Of a stretch of 64,000 bases of DNA, positions 58,024 to 64,000 are shown one piece after another; the stretch's first letter is position 1; each line of letters opens with the position of its first letter. The stretch lies in NCBI GenBank assembly GCA_965247115.1, contig CBDFGR010000003.1, positions 1,632,001 through 1,696,000 of the forward strand, written 5' to 3'. The DNA is from Myxococcota bacterium. GTDB taxonomy: Bacteria; Myxococcota_A; UBA9160; SZUA-336. The notes under the pieces were generated by a model. The model saw nothing but the letters and a program-made list of their open reading frames with translations, did no database searches and was not told the origin of the DNA. A program made the position numbers and the translations under genes.

Positions 58024-59217
58024 GTGAAGTCTTTTGCTCCGATCGTCGGTGCCGAGCATGTCCACCCATCCGGCCGCTCGAAGCTCGCCGAGGCCGCGAT
58101 CGATGCCGTCGTGAAGCCGGGAACTGCGGACGAGGTGGCGGCCTGTCTCGCTGCTGCCCGGAGCGAGGGCGTGCCGGTGGTTGCGACGGGCGGCGGGTCG
58201 AAGCTCCACTGGGGAAACCCGCCAGACAAGAGCCCCGTCGTGCTCCTGGACCTCAGCAGGCTGAACGCGGTTCCCGTGCTCGACCCCGAGGAGGGGATCG
58301 TGAGCGCCGGGGGCGGCGTCAGGGTCGAAGAGCTGGCGCGGATCGCCGCAGCTAAGGAAACACGCACGTCGCTCCCGGGCATCTTCGCGGAAGCCAGCGT
58401 GGGCGGAACCATCGCCGCGGATCCTGTGAGCCCGAGAGACTCTCCGGAGCGCCGTGCGCGCAATGACCTGCTGGGCCTCGAGGTGGCGCTGCCGAACGGT
58501 GAGCTCACGCGCGCGGGCGGCAAGGTCGTCAAGAACGTGACAGGCTTCGACCTGGTCCGGCTCTACTGCGGATCGTTCGGGACGCTCGGTGTGATCACCG
58601 AGGCGACGTTGCGCTTGCGCGGACTGCCACAGGCTCGGCGCGTGCTACGGCGCGACTTCGAAGAGCTCGAGACCGCACTCAGCGTGTCTGCTGAGCTGGT
58701 GCGGGCGCCGCTCGAGCTCGCGGGCGCGGGCCTCTTGCGAAGCGGCGGGCGAGCGGAGCTCGTGTGGCTGCTGGAGGGCAGCGACGCGAGCGTGGCGGAG
58801 TTCGCCTCGCGCTTCGAGGGTGAGGAGGCGGCGCCCAGCGCATGGGAGGCACTCGTCCGGGAGATCGGAGCTCCGGTGCGCGGGCCGGGAACCGTTCGCG
58901 CGCGCTTGAGCGCGCGGCCGAGTGACATCCTGGCGATCTGCCGCCGGCTGGAGCAGCGGGCCGGCGCGAGCGCGCTGCGTCTCGTGCTGCCCTGGGTGGG
59001 GGTCGTTCTCGCCGAGCTTCCGGAGGAAGCTCTTCCGGAGCTGTGGGAGGACGTGAAGACGCAGGGCTGGCTGCTCTTTCTCGAGCATCTCCCGTCCAGT
59101 CCGAGCTACGACGCCTTTGGCCCGGAGCCGGAGGGACTGCCGCTCATGCGCGCGCTCAAAGCGCGCTTCGATCCAGATCGCGTGCTTGCCCCGGGACGCT
59201 ACGTGGGAGGAATCTGA
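58024..59217 (+). CDS. glcE: Glycolate oxidase FAD-binding subunit GlcE
   Basis: GGKVVKNVTGFDL, GSFGTLGVI, LKARFDP..LAPG. Confidence 0.87.
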   Translation: MKSFAPIVGAEHVHPSGRSKLAEAAIDAVVKPGTADEVAACLAAARSEGVPVVATGGGSKLHWGNPPDKSPVVLLDLSRLNAVPVLDPEEGIVSAGGGVRVEELARIAAAKETRTSLPGIFAEASVGGTIAADPVSPRDSPERRARNDLLGLEVALPNGELTRAGGKVVKNVTGFDLVRLYCGSFGTLGVITEATLRLRGLPQARRVLRRDFEELETALSVSAELVRAPLELAGAGLLRSGGRAELVWLLEGSDASVAEFASRFEGEEAAPSAWEALVREIGAPVRGPGTVRARLSARPSDILAICRRLEQRAGASALRLVLPWVGVVLAELPEEALPELWEDVKTQGWLLFLEHLPSSPSYDAFGPEPEGLPLMRALKARFDPDRVLAPGRYVGGI

Positions 59218-59218
59218 G

Positions 59219-60454
59219 CTGATCGACTACGAATCAACACTGGACTGTGTACACTGTGGCCTGTGCCTGCCCAGCTGTCCGACGTACCAGGAGACAGGGC
59301 GCGAGACGAGTTCGCCGCGCGGGCGTATCTACTTGATGCGCGGCGTGGCCGAGCAGCGCATACCGCTTGCCGGCATCGCTACGGAGGAGATGTATCTGTG
59401 TCTCGGCTGTCGCGCCTGCGAGTCCGCGTGCCCGGCCGGCGTCCGCTACGGTCACCTCCTGGAGGGCACTCGCGCCGAGATCGACGCCCGCTCCGCTCGC
59501 TCGCGCCTGCGCCGTTTCGTCGAGCGCTTCGTACTGCGCCGAGTGGTCGGTACACAGAGAAGTCTGCGGGCGCTCATGCGCGGGCTCCGCGTGTACCAGC
59601 GCAGTGGGCTCCAGTCCCTGGTGCGCAAGAGCCGGGTGCTGCGCGTCTTGCCCGGGCTGGCGCGCGCAGAGGCAATGCTGCCAGAGCTGCCCGACCCCCA
59701 CCGGCCCGCTGCCGTTGTCCCCGCCCTTGGACGCAAGCGCGGGCGTGTCGCGTTCTTCTCCGGCTGCATCATGCCCGAGGTTTTTGGTCCGGTGAACGAG
59801 GCCACAGTCCAAGTGCTGGTGCGGAACGGCTTCGAGGTCGTCGTTCCCGAGCAGCAGGTCTGCTGTGGCGCGCTCCAGATCCACTGCGGTGACCCCCGGT
59901 TCGCGGAGCGGCTGCACGAGTCCAACCAGCGCGCCTTCGCAGGTCACGATGTAGACGCGATCATCACGAACTCTGCAGGGTGCGGCGCGGCGCTCCGGGA
60001 GATGGGCGACGCCATGGCGAGCTCGGTGCGGGACATCGCCGAGTTCCTTGCCGACGTGGGGATCGAGCCCCCGGAGCGACGTCTCGAGCTGCGCGTCGCC
60101 TACGACGATCCCTGTCATCTGTTACACGCCCAGCGGATCGAGGCGGCACCGCGGGTGCTCTTGCGAGCGATTCCCGGCCTCGAGCTCTTCGACCTGCCCG
60201 GGCACCGCGACTGCTGTGGCGCGGCCGGGATCTACAACGTGACGCACGCGGAGATGGCCGGCCGGCTCCAGTCGCGCAAAGTCGAGGCACTCAGACAGAC
60301 CAGGCCAGACGTACTGGCCACCGGCAACCCCGGCTGCCTGCTGCAGATCGCCGCGGGCGTGCGTCAGGCCGGACTGCCTGTCGACGTCCGCCACCCGATC
60401 GAGCTTCTGGCCCGCGCCTACGCTCCCGAAGCTGCCGATCCAGGTGCAACCTAG
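59219..60454 (+). CDS. glcF: Glycolate oxidase Fe-S subunit GlcF
   Basis: CVHCGLCLPSCPTY, CLGCRACESACP, CCG domains; start uncertain, best candidate is CTG at 59219 after GGAGG. Confidence 0.88.
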   Translation: MIDYESTLDCVHCGLCLPSCPTYQETGRETSSPRGRIYLMRGVAEQRIPLAGIATEEMYLCLGCRACESACPAGVRYGHLLEGTRAEIDARSARSRLRRFVERFVLRRVVGTQRSLRALMRGLRVYQRSGLQSLVRKSRVLRVLPGLARAEAMLPELPDPHRPAAVVPALGRKRGRVAFFSGCIMPEVFGPVNEATVQVLVRNGFEVVVPEQQVCCGALQIHCGDPRFAERLHESNQRAFAGHDVDAIITNSAGCGAALREMGDAMASSVRDIAEFLADVGIEPPERRLELRVAYDDPCHLLHAQRIEAAPRVLLRAIPGLELFDLPGHRDCCGAAGIYNVTHAEMAGRLQSRKVEALRQTRPDVLATGNPGCLLQIAAGVRQAGLPVDVRHPIELLARAYAPEAADPGAT

Positions 60455-60495
60455 GCCGAAGCGCGGGCTCCGCCAGGCACGTCCCGTCGCTGGGT

Positions 60496-62751
60496 CTACT
60501 TGTAGAGGAATGCATCTGGCTCTTCTCTCGGCAGCCGGATGCGGGGGAAGGCGGCCAGGCCCAGGTTGTCGAGATCTCCGCGCAATACGAGCTCGACGGG
60601 GAGAATGCTGCGGCGCTGCCTGACGTTTCCGTACTTCTCCTGTGTACTCAGGAACTCGGCCTGGGAGCGCGCCGTTGGGCGCAGATCGGCAACGTCGAGC
60701 AGTCCGAGGCGCGCCCGCTCGAAAAACAGGTCGCGCTGCGGGTCGGGTTGGGGCTGCTCGCGTGCATCGGTCGCCTGCTGGTGATGGCTGGCCTCCTCGA
60801 GCAGCGCGACGAAGTGTGCGAACTGTTGCGGTGGGATCATGCGGACGAGCGGGTCGCGCCCTTCGAGCGAGATCTCCACGTACGTGCGGCCCAGCAGGAA
60901 GATTCCGTCCTCGCCGATTTCCCCGTTGTCGTGCTCGCCGTCGAACAGCTCCGGTCGCAGGCCGAGGGCAGCCGACCCCCACAGCTCGGGAAACTCGAGC
61001 AAGAAGTCGCGCGAGACGCGGATCCGCTGTGCGGACGCCCGGCTCATCGACTCACGTAGCGTGTCGCGCGCCTCTTCCGCCGCGTCGGTCTCGGGATACT
61101 CGATGATGATTGCGCGCAGCAACGCGACCTTGAGGTCGATGCGTTGCTGTGCTTCCGCCGCCATCAGCGTGCGCTCTGCGATCCTGTCGCGGTACTTCTC
61201 GACGCGGTCAGAATCGATCCGCTCTCTCGCCTGATGGCGCTCGAGCGCGCTGAGCCAACGACCGCGCTGCGCGTAGAGAGTTTCCAGCTTCCGGTTCACC
61301 TCTTCCGCGTGGGGGCCTTGGGGAAAGCGCTTGAGGTAGCGCTCGCCCGTGGTGATCACCCCGTCGCCGAAGCGGCTTCGTGTCCTCGGGTAGCGGATCA
61401 TGCGGATCGGGAAGACGGCGATGGAGACGATCCGTCCTGGAAGCTCGAGCAGGGCCTCGACGGGCATGGGGAACGTATCTCGGGACGGCCTCCAGCTGCT
61501 CCGGCCCAACATGACCCAGTTTGTACGCTGGCTTCGGTCGGCGCGGACTGCGCTCTTGTAGTACCCGTACGGGTTCTGGTCCAGGGAGGCGAGGACCGCG
61601 CTCGCGTGCCGGGCCATGTTCGAGTCCCTGGCACGCGCGACGTGCAGCATTCCCTGCGTGAACTCGTCCTCTTCGCCTGCGAGGCGCGCTGCGAGGCTCT
61701 CGATGAAGGCCAGCTCGTCGGCGAGCGGTCCCGGATCCAGCTCCGTTTTCGAGGCGCGAGCGAGCTCGGCGATCCGCGCGGGGGGCTCGCTCAGCACGGC
61801 TGTGGCCAGGCTTTCAACAGCTCGGCGCGCCTCCGAGCCGACAGCTGTGGGGACCAGTGCGGCGGCCCTCCAGCTGTCGTGCCACGCCCGCTGCTCCGCC
61901 TCGCTCCGCTGGCTGGCGAGGGCGCGCAGCTCGGCGGAGCGGGGGGTGGCGGGGATGAGTCGGTCCGCTCGGTCGAGGTGTGCCAGAGTCGCGGCAGCGG
62001 AGCCGGCCTCGTGCGCTCGCTCCGCGGCGTCCATGGCCTTGCCGTGCAGGAAGCCCGTGCGCTTCGCCTGGTAGCGCTCGATGCGTTTGCCGAGCTTCTC
62101 CGCCTCGGGCGCATCGGGGTACTCGCTGAGGTACTCCTCCCACTCGTGGAGCGCCTTCCGCTCCCATGGGGTGACGTCGGGGAACGAGGTGAGCACTCGG
62201 ATCGACGCCACGGTAGAGCGTACAGTCTCAACCGGATTGAGCGCGACACCGACGCTGAGGCGGGAGAGTGGGGCGACGGCGCGGTTGAAGATCGAGCCGG
62301 CCTTGTAGCGTCGGTAGTCCGCCAGCGAGTCCGCGGCGCTCTCCAGCGGCTGGTCCTCGAGGTAGCGCTCGAGCCGCAGGCGAAGCGCTGGGTCGAGGTC
62401 GTTGCGCTTCAGCATCTGCTCCGAGAGCTCCACGTAGGCGCGCTCGCCGCGTGCGGCGTTCAGCACGTCCTCCGCGTTGTCCGCGAGGCCCGTGTGCGGT
62501 CCGAGACGCAGTCGCTCGAGCTCGGCTCCCGCCGACACCAGGTCGTCCGCAAGCGCCAGTGCAGCCAGCTCGGAGGCGCTCTGCTCAGCCTCGTCGGCGA
62601 GCACGGGACGCGGGGGCCGCTGCCGGGTCAGGGGGTCAAGCTCGCTCGGCGCTGGGCCCCGCCCGCTGCTGCATGCCGCCAGCATGACGGCCACCACAAG
62701 GCACGCGCTCGTGATGCCGCAACGCGGTGAGTCAGTGCTGCAGCTTCTCAT
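60496..62751 (-). CDS. Large hypothetical helical-repeat lipoprotein
   Basis: Lipobox MLAAC; repeats YPDAPEA, FPQGPHA, YPETDAA resemble BamD/YfiO-type TPRs; start approximate. Confidence 0.6.
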   Translation of the reverse strand: MRSCSTDSPRCGITSACLVVAVMLAACSSGRGPAPSELDPLTRQRPPRPVLADEAEQSASELAALALADDLVSAGAELERLRLGPHTGLADNAEDVLNAARGERAYVELSEQMLKRNDLDPALRLRLERYLEDQPLESAADSLADYRRYKAGSIFNRAVAPLSRLSVGVALNPVETVRSTVASIRVLTSFPDVTPWERKALHEWEEYLSEYPDAPEAEKLGKRIERYQAKRTGFLHGKAMDAAERAHEAGSAAATLAHLDRADRLIPATPRSAELRALASQRSEAEQRAWHDSWRAAALVPTAVGSEARRAVESLATAVLSEPPARIAELARASKTELDPGPLADELAFIESLAARLAGEEDEFTQGMLHVARARDSNMARHASAVLASLDQNPYGYYKSAVRADRSQRTNWVMLGRSSWRPSRDTFPMPVEALLELPGRIVSIAVFPIRMIRYPRTRSRFGDGVITTGERYLKRFPQGPHAEEVNRKLETLYAQRGRWLSALERHQARERIDSDRVEKYRDRIAERTLMAAEAQQRIDLKVALLRAIIIEYPETDAAEEARDTLRESMSRASAQRIRVSRDFLLEFPELWGSAALGLRPELFDGEHDNGEIGEDGIFLLGRTYVEISLEGRDPLVRMIPPQQFAHFVALLEEASHHQQATDAREQPQPDPQRDLFFERARLGLLDVADLRPTARSQAEFLSTQEKYGNVRQRRSILPVELVLRGDLDNLGLAAFPRIRLPREEPDAFLYK

Positions 62752-63661
62752 CGTGAACCTGGAGCTGGAACGCGAGGAAGGCCTCGAGCTTGCGCGTCGC
62801 CTCCACCTTCTCCACGCCACCGTCCTGCTGTGACACGGTCTCGTACAGGCGCGTGGCGTTGTAGGCGTAATCGTCGAAGGTGGCGGGATCGAAGCGCAGA
62901 GATGCGGGCGTGGCCTCGCGAACGTAGCGGCGCGAGAGGGCTGAGTAGAAATCCGCGAGATCGAGCAGATGGCGGTAGCGATTGCGGCTGTCGGGATGGT
63001 TTGCGACGAGCGCGCGGAATTCGTCGAGGGCCAGCTGATCAAGCCGTGGGTTTGCCCTTGCTCGGACCGCGAAGCTCGAAGCGCGCGCGGCATCGGTCCG
63101 CTCGAGCTCCTCCATCCCGACGTAGGCGTAGTGCGTGCCGGCGACGTCGACGAGCAGCCCTTCGAGTGCGGCGCGGCGCTCGTCGAAGACCCGCAACGCC
63201 TGCTCCGGAGTGCTCTCGGCGCTCGGTGCGAGTGTGCTTGCGGCGAGCAAGCGAGTACAGATCTCGTTTCCAAGCGTGGCAGGCCCGACCAGGGCGGAGT
63301 CCATCGCGCTCACCCGCTGGTAGTGTTTGGCCGCGAGCTCGTACTCGCGGATGCGTTCCAGGGCGCGTCCCTTCGCGAAGAGCACCACGTCGAGCAGGTA
63401 CCCCGAGGCGAGCTTCTGCGCGTAGGCCTCTTCCATGCTCTCGAGGCGGTTGAGGGAGGCGCGGTAGACGTTCTTCCCGGTGAAGTCGCGCGCGGGCGGG
63501 AAGCGATACGTGTCGTCCTCGATGTGAAGCCGGAGGACCGAGACGACTTCGAGGATGCTCTCCGTGGCTTCGTAACGCGGCGCGGTCTCGGGAGCTTTCC
63601 CGCAAGAGGTGAGCCCCCCGGCGATCAGACAGGGCAGCAGGAGGAGGGGCCTCAATCTCAT
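62732..63661 (-). CDS. Hypothetical helical lipoprotein
   Basis: Lipobox GLTSC; TPR-like FAKGRALERIREYELA and NHPDSR. Confidence 0.7.
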   Translation of the reverse strand: MRLRPLLLLPCLIAGGLTSCGKAPETAPRYEATESILEVVSVLRLHIEDDTYRFPPARDFTGKNVYRASLNRLESMEEAYAQKLASGYLLDVVLFAKGRALERIREYELAAKHYQRVSAMDSALVGPATLGNEICTRLLAASTLAPSAESTPEQALRVFDERRAALEGLLVDVAGTHYAYVGMEELERTDAARASSFAVRARANPRLDQLALDEFRALVANHPDSRNRYRHLLDLADFYSALSRRYVREATPASLRFDPATFDDYAYNATRLYETVSQQDGGVEKVEATRKLEAFLAFQLQVHDEKLQH

Positions 63662-63671
63662 GTCACATCCC

Positions 63672-64000
63672 TCAGGAGTGTGACGGCGACTGCACGATGA
63701 GATTCAGCATCTTCTCGGTGGCGATCACGGCTGCCCCGAGCTGGTCGGAGTCGACTCCGAGCGTTGTAAACGGGTCGGAGCGGGAGCTTCTCTGCCAGGT
63801 GATCAGCGTCTCCACGAGCGCCCCGGTCTTGCCACCCGGCGGAATGCGCACCTGGTAGTCGGCGAGCTGCGGCAGCTTGAGCTCGAAGCTGCGAGCGGCC
63901 TTTGCGAGGGCCTTCATGAAGGCGTCGTAGCCGCCGTCCCCGCTGGACTTGCCACGCGCCACCTTGCCCTGGAAGGAGAGCGACACGGCTGCGACGGGGA
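63672..64000 (-). CDS. cimA: Citramalate/isopropylmalate synthase C-terminal regulatory domain (5' outside window)
   Basis: GDGGYDAFMKAL, LADYQVRIPPGGKTGALVETLITW, TLGVDSDQ. Confidence 0.8.
   Translation of the reverse strand, partial: PVAAVSLSFQGKVARGKSSGDGGYDAFMKALAKAARSFELKLPQLADYQVRIPPGGKTGALVETLITWQRSSRSDPFTTLGVDSDQLGAAVIATEKMLNLIVQSPSHS

Noticed and set aside
62752..63273. N-terminal extension of the 925-aa ORF
   Set aside because: It is an out-of-frame overlap with the 309-aa lipoprotein gene; a lipobox appears only downstream of 62751.
1..64000. CRISPR array, rRNA, retron/RT, prophage or intact transposase
   Set aside because: No regularly spaced repeats or diagnostic motifs were seen by eye.

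Overview
GC-rich bacterial chromosomal window; gene content suggests a diderm, possibly Myxococcota/deltaproteobacterium-like organism (inference only). Left part (1-17 kb): outer-membrane efflux protein, K+ channel, pqiA-pqiA-pqiB-pqiC, and a molybdopterin-enzyme block. That block has mobA, a two-subunit NAD-linked formate dehydrogenase directly followed by a yqeC-like gene, and a Tat-exported sulfite-oxidase-family enzyme with a cytochrome c. Middle part (17-40.8 kb): accessory catabolic genes, many decayed by truncation, internal deletion or frameshift. It ends in a ~7.2 kb integrase-less island bounded by tRNA-Asn(GTT) and a degenerate 42-bp copy of that tRNA's 3' half. The island's main intact cargo is a PLP aminotransferase / cytidylyltransferase-PLP fusion / LicD operon. 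Right part (41-64 kb): mostly core-like genes (aguAB, topB, hslR, glcDEF, cimA 3' end), several uncharacterised TPR or lipoprotein genes, and REP-like palindromes. Best leads: the tRNA-Asn island with its CDP-aminoalcohol/LicD module, and yqeC apparently coupled to a Cys-type FDH through a probable CTG start. All product calls come from motif recognition by eye; no database searches were run.
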